Part shown: positions 43,096-53,832 of the stretch, one piece after another
Position numbering within the stretch: position 1 is the first letter of the stretch
Layout of the letters: every line of letters begins with the position of its first letter
Origin: Escherichia phage vb_EcoM-VR5
Reading direction: 5' to 3' (one strand)
DNA: 64,000 nt
Sequence record: NC_028881.1
Notes under the pieces: model-generated
What the model was told of the DNA's origin: nothing
Databases searched by the model: none
Seen by the model: only the letters and a program-made list of their open reading frames with translations
Translations under genes and position numbers: made by a program

Positions 43096-43394
43096 AACAA
43101 GAAATCCAGAGTATTAGTTTTTTGCGTTCGTGCCATTGAAGGACGAAGCAAGTTATCATCAATGGCTTCGTTCATAATTTTATCAATAATTCCTGCAGGC
43201 AAATAACGAGCAAAGTTACCTTCAGGGATGCTGTTCTCTTCCAACCATGCAGTAGCCGCTTCGAGATAGCTACATCCTTCAGACTCAACAAAGGCCTCAA
43301 TATCAAGACCATTTTGTTGCTTGTTCACCAATACATGGACCGGTTCGGAAGCGGTATTAACCGCTCCATCAAAATCATTCAAAGATTGTGTCAT
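43092..43394 (-). CDS. 33: late transcription accessory protein gp33, by position
   Basis: 100-aa acidic ORF between dsbA and 59 (T4 gp33 112 aa). Confidence 0.6.
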   Translation of the reverse strand: MTQSLNDFDGAVNTASEPVHVLVNKQQNGLDIEAFVESEGCSYLEAATAWLEENSIPEGNFARYLPAGIIDKIMNEAIDDNLLRPSMARTQKTNTLDFLL

Positions 43395-43644
43395 ACAGTT
43401 CTACCACTTCAGTTTTCTCATCTTCGAAACGTTCACGAGTACCTTTATGATACAGAGAGAACAGTTGATTAAACATTTTACCATCGACACCAAGTTCGGT
43501 CTTGGCACGATCTTTGATATCTTTAATTTCATCGCCGTATGCTTCCATTTTTAATTTAGTATCGGAAGCGGTTTTAATCAACTGGGCCAGGGTATTACCA
43601 TGTTCTTCTTGATTGAATTCAACTTTCACTTTTTCTTTAGCCAT
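43375..43644 (-). CDS. dsbA: dsDNA-binding protein DsbA
   Basis: ORF trimmed to fourth ATG (MAKEKVKVEF...), 89 aa = T4 DsbA length; matches T4 (ELGVDGKMFN.L..LYHK, EVVELYDT.F). Confidence 0.8.
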   Translation of the reverse strand: MAKEKVKVEFNQEEHGNTLAQLIKTASDTKLKMEAYGDEIKDIKDRAKTELGVDGKMFNQLFSLYHKGTRERFEDEKTEVVELYDTIFE

Positions 43645-43654
43645 TATATTCACC

Positions 43655-44602
43655 TTAATAGAAATCAGCTACTGTAGCGGTTAGTTTAGACAAACCTGAT
43701 TTAACGAAATAAGGATAAACTTTAGATTTCGAAGGTTTGATGTAGTTATTATATCTTTCAGTAATTAAAGCAACAATATCATCTGGGATAAAGTCCATAT
43801 CAATTAAGATTTGGTTTTCGCAGAAACGTTCATATTGTTCTTCAGTAAGAAGTGTTTTAATTATATCATGGTCGTAATAATTCAGAGCAATTGCTTCAAG
43901 TTCTTTAGCACGAGTACTTGGAGTACGTTCGCCTTCAACCATGGTCAACCAATAATCACCGCGAACTTTAATACTTGCGACGTTATCCTTGCGGTCGCCT
44001 TTAACAACTTTAGTTACACAATCAAGCAACGAGTCACCGGATTTAGTTTTGACGAATTTTTTCTGCATTGGTGACCATTGTTTTACCCCAGGGAATTTAT
44101 GAAGTTGGGTAAAGTCACCGTCAGAAGAACCAATCATTACAGGGTGACCTAAAGCAGTGAGGATTCGAGTCAAAACAGCAATATGGTCATCAGCCTCGAT
44201 TGTATCGATATTCATAACAATATAAGGCATGTTTTGTTCTAGTTCATCCACAATAATATGCATTGCAGTAAATAGACCTTCCCAATCAAATGGCGATTCA
44301 TCACGTGCCTTAGCACGGTTTTTCTTATAATAAGAAGAATAACGACGTCGCCAATACCCTGATTTAGAGTTATCAACGCAAACGATTAATTGGTTGTAAC
44401 CTTGTTTTTTAAAGTCTTTAATATTTTTCTTAATTGAGTTCAGCACGAGGTGCCGAAGCATTGCTGTAGTTACTTTAGGAAATCCAGCGTTTTCACCGAA
44501 TTCTTGGAAGGCCGCAGCCATAATGATTTGGCTAAAGTCTAACAATAAAAATCCGTCTTTTTGTCGTTCTTCTTCAGGAAGTAAAAAATCTAAATCGTTC
44601 AT
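43655..44602 (-). CDS. rnh: RNase H (5'-3' exonuclease / flap endonuclease)
   Basis: ORF trimmed to ATG at 44600-44602 (MNDLDFLLP...) with GAGG RBS; 315 aa; matches T4 RNase H (GYWRR, YYKKNR.KAR.ES, YIVM.ID..EADDHIAVL, SSDGDFTQLHK.P.VKQWSPM). Confidence 0.9.
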   Translation of the reverse strand: MNDLDFLLPEEERQKDGFLLLDFSQIIMAAAFQEFGENAGFPKVTTAMLRHLVLNSIKKNIKDFKKQGYNQLIVCVDNSKSGYWRRRYSSYYKKNRAKARDESPFDWEGLFTAMHIIVDELEQNMPYIVMNIDTIEADDHIAVLTRILTALGHPVMIGSSDGDFTQLHKFPGVKQWSPMQKKFVKTKSGDSLLDCVTKVVKGDRKDNVASIKVRGDYWLTMVEGERTPSTRAKELEAIALNYYDHDIIKTLLTEEQYERFCENQILIDMDFIPDDIVALITERYNNYIKPSKSKVYPYFVKSGLSKLTATVADFY

Positions 44603-44669
44603 ATGAACCTCTGTCCAATTAGTGTAGGAGTTCATTATATCATGGCCCTAGAAGAAGTAAACACTTTGC

Positions 44670-44677
44670 TATAAATA
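44670..44677 (+). promoter_or_regulatory. late promoter TATAAATA upstream of gene 34
   Basis: Exact TATAAATA 32 nt upstream of the gp34 ATG. Confidence 0.6.
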
Positions 44678-44709
44678 GTTCTATACCCTGAAAACGAAAA
44701 GGAAATAAA

Positions 44710-47700
44710 ATGGCTGATATTTTAAAACCTGCATTCCGTGCTACATCCGGACTCGATGCTGCGGGCGAGAAAGTTATCAATGTTGCCAAAGCCGATTACA
44801 ATGTACTAGATGATGGCGTCAACGTTGAATTCTTTATAGATGAGAACACCATCCAGGCGTACGACGAGACGCGCGGATATAAGAAAGGGTTTGCAGTAAT
44901 CCATGACCAACGTATTTGGGTTGCTCAACGTGATATTGATGCCCCTGCTGGAACTTTTGTACCTGGTTATTGGACTGCCACTCGTACCGACCCTAAGTGG
45001 ATTACTGTGGCATCTCCTACGCGCCAGTTGGCTTCCGGTGAATATATTGCTGTTGATTCAGCTGCAAGCTTTACTACATTTACGTTACCTCCGAATCCTA
45101 CAGATGGTGATACCGTCGTAATAAAAGATATTGGTGGACGTGTAGGTTATAATGAAATAAAGGTCCAATCTAGTTCTGCTCCGGGTGGTGGTAACCAGAA
45201 AATTGTTCGATTTGGCAATCAGTTCGCTGAAACCCTAATTACGAAACCTTTTTCTTATAACATGATTATCTTTGCCAACCGTTTATGGCATTTCTGGGAA
45301 GCAGGTAACGAAGAACGCGGTGTTCGTGTAGAACCTAACACGGCCCAGTTCCAGGCCCAAGCAGGTGATAATGTTCTCCGTCGTTATACTTCAGGTGCGG
45401 TAATTAAGTTTACTCTTCCTAAGTATGCGAACCAAGGTGATATGATTAAAACCGTTGATATCGATGGCCTTGGAAGTAAGTTCCATTTAATCGTTGAAAC
45501 ATTCGATGCTTCGTCTGCTTTAGGTAAACAAGGTCAGCATAGCATGGAATTCCGTACCTCTGGTGATGGATTCTTCGTTTATAACTCTACAGAAAAATTA
45601 TGGTATGTTTGGGATGGTGATCGTCAAACTCGTCTGCGTGTTATTCGTGATGACGTAGAACTATTGGCTAACGAAAGTATTATTGTTTTTGGTCCTAATA
45701 ACACGACTCCTCAGACAATTAATATTACATTACCTACTGGTGTAGCCCAAGGTGATACGGTTAAAATTGCTCTGAACTATCTTCGTAAAGCGCAGACGGT
45801 AAATATTAAAGCTGCTGTAGGAGATAAGATTGCTTCTTCTGTTCAATTGCTCCAGTTCCCTAAACGTTCAGAATATCCACCTGATACTGAATGGGTGTTA
45901 AATGATGTACTAACCTTCAATGGTAATTTGAGCTATACCCCGGTTATTGAACTGAGTTATATCGAAGACATCACTACAGGTGGAAAATATTGGGTTGTTG
46001 CTCAGAACGTTCCTACTGTAGAGCGTGTAGATTCTAAGGACGATTTAACTCGTGCTCGTCTTGGTGTTATTGCCCTTGCGTCTCAGACCCAGGCAAACGT
46101 AGACCATGAAAATAACCCTGAAAAAGAATTGGCTATTACTCCACAGACTTTGGCCAACCGTGTAGCGACTGAATCACGTCGTGGTATTGCTCGTATTGCT
46201 ACAACGACTCAGGTGAACCAAGACACAACTTTCGCTTTCCAGGATGATTTGATTATTTCTCCTAAGAAATTAAACGAACGTACTGCAACCGAAACCCGTC
46301 GTGGTGTAGCTGAAATTGCTACGCAACAGGAAACTGATTCAGGTGTTGACGATACCACCATTATCACTCCTAAGAAGCTACAAGAGCGCCAGGGCTCTGA
46401 AAGTCTTTCAGGTATTGTAAAATATACTTCTACGGTAGGCACTACTCCTGCGACTGCTAGGGACACTGTAGGTACTAACGTTTATAATAAGAACGTAAAT
46501 AACCTTGTTATTTCTCCTAAAGCTTTAGACCAATATAAAGCTACTCAAGCTCAACAAGGTACGGTATATCTTTCTAATCAATCTGAAGTTAATACAGGAC
46601 AATCCGCGAGTGGATTCTCTAACAGCGCTGTTTCTCCGGAAACATTACATGCTCGTGTGGCTCTTGATACTCGTACTGGGTTAATTGAAATTGCTACGCA
46701 AGCAGAGACTGATGCCGGAACAGATTATACTCGTGCGGTAACGCCTAAGACGTTAAATGATAGGAAAGCTACGGAAGGACTAACTGGTATTGCTAGAATT
46801 GCAACACAGGTAGAATTTGATGCAGGTACGTTAGATAATGTTATTTCAACTCCGTTGAAAGTTAAAACTCGTTTTAATGATACTGCTAGAACTTCTGTCT
46901 CAGCAGCCAGTGGTTTGGTTGAATCAGGAACCTTATGGAACCATTATACACTAGATATCCGTGAAGCAAATGAGACTCAACGTGGTACTGCTCGCCTGGC
47001 AACCCAGACCGAAGTCAATGTTGGCACTGATGACAAAACCATCATCACTCCTTTGAAATTGCATTCTAAAAAATCTACCGAAAGTTCTGAAGGTATTATT
47101 CGTGTTGCAACGAATGCTGAAACCACCGCAGGAACTTCTAAAGTTCTAGCTATAAGTCCTTCTGGTTTAAAATATGTAGTACAGACCGAAACCACTTGGG
47201 AATCCACCGCCCTTCGTCGTGGATTTGTTAAATTGACTGAAGGCGCTTTGACTTACTCAGGAAATAAAGTTACTGGTTCTGGTGTTAAATTTAACCCAGG
47301 TACAGGCCTTTATGAGAATGATGATGACATTCTGGGTGCAGCGAACTACCCTAAAACGGGTTATGCTGTTTCATCTTACGAGATGAATAAAACTTTACAG
47401 AACTTTTTACCTATAAATGCTACGGCAGTGAACTCCGAGAAATTGGATGGCCTGGATTCACTTCAGTTCATTCGTAGGGACGTCGATCAAACGGTTAATG
47501 GTTCTTTAACCCTAACCAAACAATTGAATCTAGCGGCCCCTCTGGTGTCTTCTAGTACCGCTACATTTACAGATGTTACGGCTACGAATTCCACCTTCGG
47601 TACAGTGTACGTTGTTAATGGAACCAACAAGTGGAAAATCACTGCTCCTTCCACCGGAACGACAATGACTATTGGCGATACGACTAACGTATTGACATTA

Positions 47701-48678
47701 AACACCGCCTCGGGTAATGTTGCTGTATTGAACAACCTTAGTGCCGGAAACGATGTTCAAGCCAAAAATAATTACGTTCTAAACGGTCGTACTATTGCTA
47801 CCACGACGGGTGAAGTTTCTGGTGCTACATTATCTTTAGGCGATAATTCGCAGAATTTGGTGCTCAAAACTCTTGATGCTGGTAATATCATAGCAAATGG
47901 TGGCGGTGCATTTAAAGTCCTGACCGAGAAAAACGCTGTTGAGATTGTTGATAGAAACTTTGTTAATCAGGCCGGTGATACAATGTCTGGTGTGCTCCGT
48001 GTGAATGCTCCGGTCCGTGTATTCGGTACTAAGCCTACATTAGCATCACAGGTTCCTACTGCAGAAACTGTCGGCTTCTGGTCTGTTGATATCAATGATG
48101 AACTGACTTATAGTAAGTTCCCTGGTTATTGGACTATGAAAACCAAACGCCAAGTTAATATTGACACGACTCAAACTAAACCTACCGGCGTTTCTGATGA
48201 AGTGTGGAATGCTTCCGGTTGGTTAACGGAAACTGGTGCCTTTAGTTCTCCGGCCATCAGATATCGTAATGAAGACGGTAGTTTTGGCGATGAAGTTCTT
48301 GGTACGACTGGACAGAAATTACGTGGTACTTGGTTTGATTATTCTGTTCGTGATAAGGAAGTTAAATATCCAGGTACATTAACCCAGTTTGGTAATACTC
48401 TGGATTCATGTTATCAGGATTGGGTGTGTTATCCTACAGGACTGAATGGTGGTACTATCCGTTATACCCGCACCTGGCAGAAAAATAAAAGCGCATGGAC
48501 TACGTTCTCAATGGTCTATACGGCAGATAACCCTCCTTCTGCAGAAGACGTTGGCGCACTACCGGCAGATAACGCTACGATGGGTAATATTACAATCCTT
48601 GATTGGTTACGTATTGGTAACGTTCGTGTTATTCCCGACCCAGTCACTAAATCCGTTAAGTTTGAGTGGATTGAATAA
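44710..48678 (+). CDS. 34: long tail fibre proximal subunit gp34
   Basis: 1322 aa; long identical runs to T4 gp34 (ASSVQLLQFPKRSEYPP, YWVV.QNVPTVERVDS, TRARLGVIALA, TETRRGVAEIATQQET, C-terminal SDNATMGN.TI.D.LRIGNVR..PDPV.K.VKFEW). Confidence 0.95.
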   Translation: MADILKPAFRATSGLDAAGEKVINVAKADYNVLDDGVNVEFFIDENTIQAYDETRGYKKGFAVIHDQRIWVAQRDIDAPAGTFVPGYWTATRTDPKWITVASPTRQLASGEYIAVDSAASFTTFTLPPNPTDGDTVVIKDIGGRVGYNEIKVQSSSAPGGGNQKIVRFGNQFAETLITKPFSYNMIIFANRLWHFWEAGNEERGVRVEPNTAQFQAQAGDNVLRRYTSGAVIKFTLPKYANQGDMIKTVDIDGLGSKFHLIVETFDASSALGKQGQHSMEFRTSGDGFFVYNSTEKLWYVWDGDRQTRLRVIRDDVELLANESIIVFGPNNTTPQTINITLPTGVAQGDTVKIALNYLRKAQTVNIKAAVGDKIASSVQLLQFPKRSEYPPDTEWVLNDVLTFNGNLSYTPVIELSYIEDITTGGKYWVVAQNVPTVERVDSKDDLTRARLGVIALASQTQANVDHENNPEKELAITPQTLANRVATESRRGIARIATTTQVNQDTTFAFQDDLIISPKKLNERTATETRRGVAEIATQQETDSGVDDTTIITPKKLQERQGSESLSGIVKYTSTVGTTPATARDTVGTNVYNKNVNNLVISPKALDQYKATQAQQGTVYLSNQSEVNTGQSASGFSNSAVSPETLHARVALDTRTGLIEIATQAETDAGTDYTRAVTPKTLNDRKATEGLTGIARIATQVEFDAGTLDNVISTPLKVKTRFNDTARTSVSAASGLVESGTLWNHYTLDIREANETQRGTARLATQTEVNVGTDDKTIITPLKLHSKKSTESSEGIIRVATNAETTAGTSKVLAISPSGLKYVVQTETTWESTALRRGFVKLTEGALTYSGNKVTGSGVKFNPGTGLYENDDDILGAANYPKTGYAVSSYEMNKTLQNFLPINATAVNSEKLDGLDSLQFIRRDVDQTVNGSLTLTKQLNLAAPLVSSSTATFTDVTATNSTFGTVYVVNGTNKWKITAPSTGTTMTIGDTTNVLTLNTASGNVAVLNNLSAGNDVQAKNNYVLNGRTIATTTGEVSGATLSLGDNSQNLVLKTLDAGNIIANGGGAFKVLTEKNAVEIVDRNFVNQAGDTMSGVLRVNAPVRVFGTKPTLASQVPTAETVGFWSVDINDELTYSKFPGYWTMKTKRQVNIDTTQTKPTGVSDEVWNASGWLTETGAFSSPAIRYRNEDGSFGDEVLGTTGQKLRGTWFDYSVRDKEVKYPGTLTQFGNTLDSCYQDWVCYPTGLNGGTIRYTRTWQKNKSAWTTFSMVYTADNPPSAEDVGALPADNATMGNITILDWLRIGNVRVIPDPVTKSVKFEWIE

Positions 48679-48686
48679 GAGGTATT

Positions 48687-49811
48687 ATGGAAAGATTTAT
48701 GGCAGAATTTGGACAAGGATATGTCCAGGTTCCTACATTATCTGAAAACAATGCTGTAAGGTATAAACTTAGTATAGCTGGTAGTTGTACTAAGTCTACC
48801 AAAAAAGCATATGTTAAATTTCAAGATGGGGACTTTGGTCCCCAGAATTTTCAAAATGGATTAAATCTTATAGAAATAGATGTTAGTGCTGAACCTAAAA
48901 TAGTAGCTAACAAAACATATAGTTTTACAAAAGATTTTGATGTTATATCTGAAGCTTTTATAACGTATATAACTTCAATACCGGCAAACAGAATAGTTTG
49001 TTTAGTATCTTCAGGCAGATTAAATGCTTCACAGAAGCTTATTGACTGGTTCCACGCCGCAGGAAGTACTGCATTTCCATCTAAATGGTTAATAGACCGA
49101 TTTGAACCGTCTTATTCCGCCTTTTATGTTTCTGGTAGAAATACAATAGTAATGGAACACGTCCTTTATAATGACGGAGTGTTTGTTGAAGATGTTTCTA
49201 CCCCATTAGAAGTTGTTTTTGACGATATCAGTGATGTTGGTGGTACCGGATATCCTATAAGAATAGTAGAAGATGAAAGTACTTATCTAAGTAATGGAGG
49301 GGAGGAAATAAAACGGTTCCCTACGGAGTCTCCTACTACCCCTTGTGCTGATTATAATATGAAGCCTGGAGAGTTCTTTTATCTTAAATTCCAAATGATG
49401 CGCGACCAGGAATTAAAAGATTTAGCAGGGACTTCTCAAATGTCTGTTAGATTTTTTGATTCTAATAGTGCTTTGACGGGTACTGTAAATATGGAAATCC
49501 CGACTAATTTCCCTGCCGGGTCTTGGATGACTTTTGAGCGAGTAATTGAAGTTCCTGCTAATACAGAAACATTTACATTATACGCAAGAAAAACGGTGGC
49601 AAATGGAGTTGGTGGTGTGCGTAATGTGATGTTTGGGGAAGTATCTGAGCCAGAATCACAGCCTAAGTCAGCCGAATTTGGTGTAAATGGTATTCGTATG
49701 AATTTTGGTACTGAAACTGAGAATATGGGTACTACTATAGCCCAGTTATATGATAAAACCGGTAAGAAACCTGGACAGGTCTGGGTTGCTGAATTTAGAG
49801 AAAAATATTAA
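48687..49811 (+). CDS. 35: long tail fibre hinge connector gp35
   Basis: 374 aa; N-terminus MERFMAEFGQGYVQVP..SE.N.VRYK.SIAGSC and PAEFGVNGIR match T4 gp35. Confidence 0.9.
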   Translation: MERFMAEFGQGYVQVPTLSENNAVRYKLSIAGSCTKSTKKAYVKFQDGDFGPQNFQNGLNLIEIDVSAEPKIVANKTYSFTKDFDVISEAFITYITSIPANRIVCLVSSGRLNASQKLIDWFHAAGSTAFPSKWLIDRFEPSYSAFYVSGRNTIVMEHVLYNDGVFVEDVSTPLEVVFDDISDVGGTGYPIRIVEDESTYLSNGGEEIKRFPTESPTTPCADYNMKPGEFFYLKFQMMRDQELKDLAGTSQMSVRFFDSNSALTGTVNMEIPTNFPAGSWMTFERVIEVPANTETFTLYARKTVANGVGGVRNVMFGEVSEPESQPKSAEFGVNGIRMNFGTETENMGTTIAQLYDKTGKKPGQVWVAEFREKY

Positions 49812-49832
49812 GGAACCTTCGGGTTCCTTTTT
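49812..49832 (+). terminator. intrinsic terminator after gene 35
   Basis: ggaacc-ttcg-ggttcc hairpin followed by TTTTT. Confidence 0.7.
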
Positions 49833-49886
49833 CGTTTTCTACAGCCATAAATATATAAAAGGCTATAACTCCCAAAGGAAACTCAA

Positions 49887-50534
49887 ATGGCAGATTTAAA
49901 ATTAGGTTCTACAGCAGGAGGTTCAGTATTATGGCACCAAGGTAATTTTCCCTTGACGCCTGTATCAAATGACCTTCTTTACAAAACATATAAAGTTTAC
50001 ACCGAATATAATAAACCTCAAGCTACTGATAACGACTTTGTTTCAAAAGCTAATGGCGGTAATTATCAGAACAACGTGTATTTTGAAAAAGGTTTAACCT
50101 TTAATGATACTAACGGATATGGTATTAAATTAGGAGCAAGAGCCGGCGGAGCCCCGTTCACTGCTTCTTTCCGTATTAAAGGTGCTTTTGGATATGAAAC
50201 GGAAAACGGTACTCCGTTTATAATATTTGACCCAAGTACAGCAGTAGGTGCTAAACGCCTTACAGTAATGGGTGATTCATTATTCCGTCAGGTATACGAT
50301 GAATCAGGTCGCGTATTCAGCCCTGGCAACACCCCTACTAAAGCCCAAGTTGGATTGTCATTAGTAGATAATGCAAAACAGGTCCAAATAAATAATACTA
50401 ATATGCAAACAATGACTGGGGTACTTTCTGCTCCTAACTTCATTTCATTAAATCCGGCCTCTGACGCAGGACATGTTCCGCGTTTTGACCAGATTGTTAT
50501 TAAAGATTCTATCCAAGATTTTGGTTATTATTAA
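49887..50534 (+). CDS. 36: long tail fibre distal connector gp36
   Basis: 215 aa; MADLK.GST.GGSV.WHQGNFPL, NDFVSKANGG, C-terminal VKDS.QD.GYY match T4 gp36. Confidence 0.9.
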   Translation: MADLKLGSTAGGSVLWHQGNFPLTPVSNDLLYKTYKVYTEYNKPQATDNDFVSKANGGNYQNNVYFEKGLTFNDTNGYGIKLGARAGGAPFTASFRIKGAFGYETENGTPFIIFDPSTAVGAKRLTVMGDSLFRQVYDESGRVFSPGNTPTKAQVGLSLVDNAKQVQINNTNMQTMTGVLSAPNFISLNPASDAGHVPRFDQIVIKDSIQDFGYY

Positions 50535-50542
50535 GAGGCATT

Positions 50543-53500
50543 ATGGCTACTTTAAAACAGATACAATTTAAAAGAAGTAAAGTAGCTGGTGTACGTCCTA
50601 CGCCAGCACAGTTGGCTGAAGGTGAGCTGGCTATTAACTTAAAGGACCGTTTACTTTTTACTAAAGACGACTCTGGCGCTATCATCGACCTTGGCTTTGC
50701 TAAGGGCGGTAATATTGATGGTAATGTTATTCACAAAGGTAATTATAACCAAACCGGTAATTATACTTTAAATGGTACCTTTACTCAGACAGGTAATTAT
50801 ACGACAACCGGAAGTGTAACGGCCAACGGTGATGTTACAGCGAAATCTCGTCTAATGACAGATAATGGTGAAGTTCTTGTACGGGGTGCAGGAACCGCCC
50901 ACGTTCGATTCCAGGATTTGGCTGATGCGCGTGAAAGAGGCATAATTTATTCACAATCACGCCCAGGAAATACCAAGCAAATCTTGAACGTTCGTGTCCA
51001 GGATTATACTAATTCAACATCTAATATTTTTGCATTCAATGGTGACGGTTTATTTTATGCTCCATCTATTTCCGGTGGAACATCGATAAAATCTCCGGTA
51101 ATTTATACTAATACCGTTGATACCGGTAATAAATCAGCTCTTGATTATGATATATCTTCATTGGCAAATAATAATTCTAACACAGATAAAAATAATTTGC
51201 GCGTTGTACGTACTGATGCAACCGCCGCAATGCTCCATGAAATTTGTGAAAATAACGGTATCAGTTGGTATTCTGGTTCAACCCCTACTGATTATATATT
51301 ATCTTTTGCTTATTCGGGTGGTTTTCAAGCAGGCCATTCGATTGCAGTAGGTATGGAATCAGGGCCTATGACATATTCAGCCTTAGGTAAAGGTTCTATT
51401 GCTTTAGGTGATAATGATACCGGCTTAAAATGGCATCAAGATGGATATTTTCATACAGTAAACAACGGCACTAGAACTTTCATCTACGGTCCAGAAGAAA
51501 CCGCTAGCCTTAGAAAAATGGTTATAGGTTATTCTGTAAATGGTACTGATTTAACTACGCCGCCGACAGAAAACTATGCGCTTGGTACCGTTGTTACTTA
51601 TCATGATAATAACGCCTTCGGTGATGGACAAACTCTTTTAGGATATTATCAAGGTGGAGCATACCACCACTATTTTCGTGGTAAAGGCACTACAAACATT
51701 AACACCGCGGGTGGTTTGTTAGTTACTCCAGGCAATATCGACGTGATTGGCGGTTTAATTAATATCGACGGTCGCAGTAATGCTTCAACCTTACTGTTTA
51801 GTAGCTATACTTCTGGTCAAAGCTCTGTCGATAATATGAATATACGCGTTTGGGGCGATACTTTTGCTACTGTAGGTGGTACTCGCAAAAACGTAATGGA
51901 AATATCTGATGCCACTAGCTGGATGCACTATATTCAACGAACTACAGCAGGTAAAGTCGAATCTTATTTAAACGGCGCGATGAACATCGTCGAAGGATTG
52001 TCTGTCGGTCAAGATGCATCCTTAAAACGCAATCTGTACGTTTCCAATGAAATTAAAGTTCGCGGTTCTAGTGGACTTCGTATTTGGAACGATAAGTATG
52101 GTGTTATTTTCCGAAATTCAGAAGACCAGCTGCATATTATCCCAACCAATATTAATGCCGGCGAAAGTGGCGGATTAGGCCCATTACGCCCATTAAGTAT
52201 TACGTTAGACACGGGCCGGGTTAAAATCCCTAACTTAGAAGCAGACCAGGTTTATTTTAGGGGTAATGGTGCATTGGAATTCCCTAATAGTAACGGTGCA
52301 TCTTATGCCAACCAGAACACGACTAAAGCTCTGTTGTATCAAACGCTCGATGCTGCAACTCAAGCATTTTATCCTATTACTAAGCAGAAAAATATCGATT
52401 CGAATGTAACTGTTACTCAAGGTATGGACCGCGCTACGAGCGAATACCGAATTGTTGCTCAAGGTGATTTGCTTGGTGATGGTGATGCTACAGGATTAAA
52501 ATACTGGCGCTTTACTAAAGAAGGTAACTTCATAACTCAGAACCACTTATATGCCGGTACAGCCTTCTTGGACACTGAAGGTAACATTTCTGGTTCTATC
52601 TGGAACAAATACTCTGGCGCCACTAACCTTGATGCAGCGGTGAATACCCGTGTCGGTAAAAGCGGTGATACAATGACCGGAAAATTGACTATTGAGGCTC
52701 CGGGTGATGCATTAGTATTAAGAACAACCACAGGTAATAGCTCGCATATCCGTTCTGATGTAAATGGTACGGGCAACTGGTACGTTGGTAAAGGTGGCGA
52801 TGATAACGGGATAGCCCTTTATAGTTATGCTACCAATTCTGGTATGTACATCACTAATAGCGGCGCTTTCAACGTAGAACTTTCCGGCTCCGGCTTAGCA
52901 ATGCAGATGAATTATTATCGCATGTATGTTAATGGTCGCCAATGGGTTGCTTCACAGGGTCATGGTTATGGAAACCAATGGCAAACCGAAGCTCCTTATT
53001 TCGTTGACTTTGGCGAGGCTGTTCCTAAAGATAGTTATATGCCGATTATCAAAGGAAGAAGCACTCTAATTACCGATGGATATTCTACTAAAGCAGACTT
53101 CGGTATTATTCGAAGCGCTGGAGCATCTACATGGGGTTCTGCTGTTATTCGTGTGGGTTCTGCTGAAAGCGGTGATGCAAGTCATCCTAATGCTATATAC
53201 GTTTTTGGCGCCGACGGCACCTTAACCGCTCCCAATGCTGTGAATGCCGCATCTAGAATGGGTGTCGGTACATCATGTTCATTACCAAATGCTTCTATTG
53301 CTATTGGCGATAACGATACAGGTCTTTCCACTAGAGGTGATGGTAGTCTAGGCGCGTATGCTAATGCTCAGAGTGTATTTTTCTGGGAAGCGGGTGGTAT
53401 TACGACCGAGCAAAACAAATTCTTAAACGTTAACGCAGGGATGTATGTTCGTGATAACATTGATGTTAACGACGTTTATATCCGTTCTGATATTCGTTGT

Positions 53501-53803
53501 AAGTCAGAAATTAAGCTTATTGAGAACGCTCAAGAGAAATCTAAACTCTTAGGCGGCTATACTTATCTGCTTAAAAACTCTGTTACAGACGAAGTTAAAC
53601 CATCTGCAGGTTTAATTGCTCAGGAAGTTCAAGAAGTATTGCCTGAACTTGTTTCTGAAGATAAAGAGACCGGACTGCTTCGTTTGAACTATAACGGTAT
53701 TATTGGTTTAAATACAGCTACTATCAACGAGCATACAGATGAAATCAAGGAATTGAAATCTGAAATTGCTGAGTTGAAAGCATTAATTAAATCATTATTA
53801 TAA
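50543..53803 (+). CDS. 37: long tail fibre distal subunit gp37 with C-terminal intramolecular-chaperone (peptidase S74-like) domain
   Basis: 1086 aa; N-terminus [17 protein letters not shown]...[30 protein letters not shown] as T4 gp37; C-terminal 110 aa [12 protein letters not shown]...LLGGYTY.LK...[15 protein letters not shown] has the SD.R.K / GxIAQEV pattern of autoproteolytic chaperone domains. Confidence 0.85.
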   Translation: MATLKQIQFKRSKVAGVRPTPAQLAEGELAINLKDRLLFTKDDSGAIIDLGFAKGGNIDGNVIHKGNYNQTGNYTLNGTFTQTGNYTTTGSVTANGDVTAKSRLMTDNGEVLVRGAGTAHVRFQDLADARERGIIYSQSRPGNTKQILNVRVQDYTNSTSNIFAFNGDGLFYAPSISGGTSIKSPVIYTNTVDTGNKSALDYDISSLANNNSNTDKNNLRVVRTDATAAMLHEICENNGISWYSGSTPTDYILSFAYSGGFQAGHSIAVGMESGPMTYSALGKGSIALGDNDTGLKWHQDGYFHTVNNGTRTFIYGPEETASLRKMVIGYSVNGTDLTTPPTENYALGTVVTYHDNNAFGDGQTLLGYYQGGAYHHYFRGKGTTNINTAGGLLVTPGNIDVIGGLINIDGRSNASTLLFSSYTSGQSSVDNMNIRVWGDTFATVGGTRKNVMEISDATSWMHYIQRTTAGKVESYLNGAMNIVEGLSVGQDASLKRNLYVSNEIKVRGSSGLRIWNDKYGVIFRNSEDQLHIIPTNINAGESGGLGPLRPLSITLDTGRVKIPNLEADQVYFRGNGALEFPNSNGASYANQNTTKALLYQTLDAATQAFYPITKQKNIDSNVTVTQGMDRATSEYRIVAQGDLLGDGDATGLKYWRFTKEGNFITQNHLYAGTAFLDTEGNISGSIWNKYSGATNLDAAVNTRVGKSGDTMTGKLTIEAPGDALVLRTTTGNSSHIRSDVNGTGNWYVGKGGDDNGIALYSYATNSGMYITNSGAFNVELSGSGLAMQMNYYRMYVNGRQWVASQGHGYGNQWQTEAPYFVDFGEAVPKDSYMPIIKGRSTLITDGYSTKADFGIIRSAGASTWGSAVIRVGSAESGDASHPNAIYVFGADGTLTAPNAVNAASRMGVGTSCSLPNASIAIGDNDTGLSTRGDGSLGAYANAQSVFFWEAGGITTEQNKFLNVNAGMYVRDNIDVNDVYIRSDIRCKSEIKLIENAQEKSKLLGGYTYLLKNSVTDEVKPSAGLIAQEVQEVLPELVSEDKETGLLRLNYNGIIGLNTATINEHTDEIKELKSEIAELKALIKSLL

Positions 53804-53807
53804 GAAA

Positions 53808-53821
53808 GGGCCTTCGGGCCC
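53808..53821 (+). other. GC tetraloop hairpin between genes 37 and 38
   Basis: gggcc-ttcg-ggccc with no T-run after it; sits just 5' of the gp38 GGAGG RBS. Confidence 0.4.
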
Positions 53822-53832
53822 TGGAGGTTTAT

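Noticed and set aside
44903-47735. Short ORFs in other frames or antisense within gene 34 (44903-45121, 46209-46466, 46977-47207, 47487-47735)
   Set aside because: Fully contained in the gp34 coding sequence, which has an extensive T4 match
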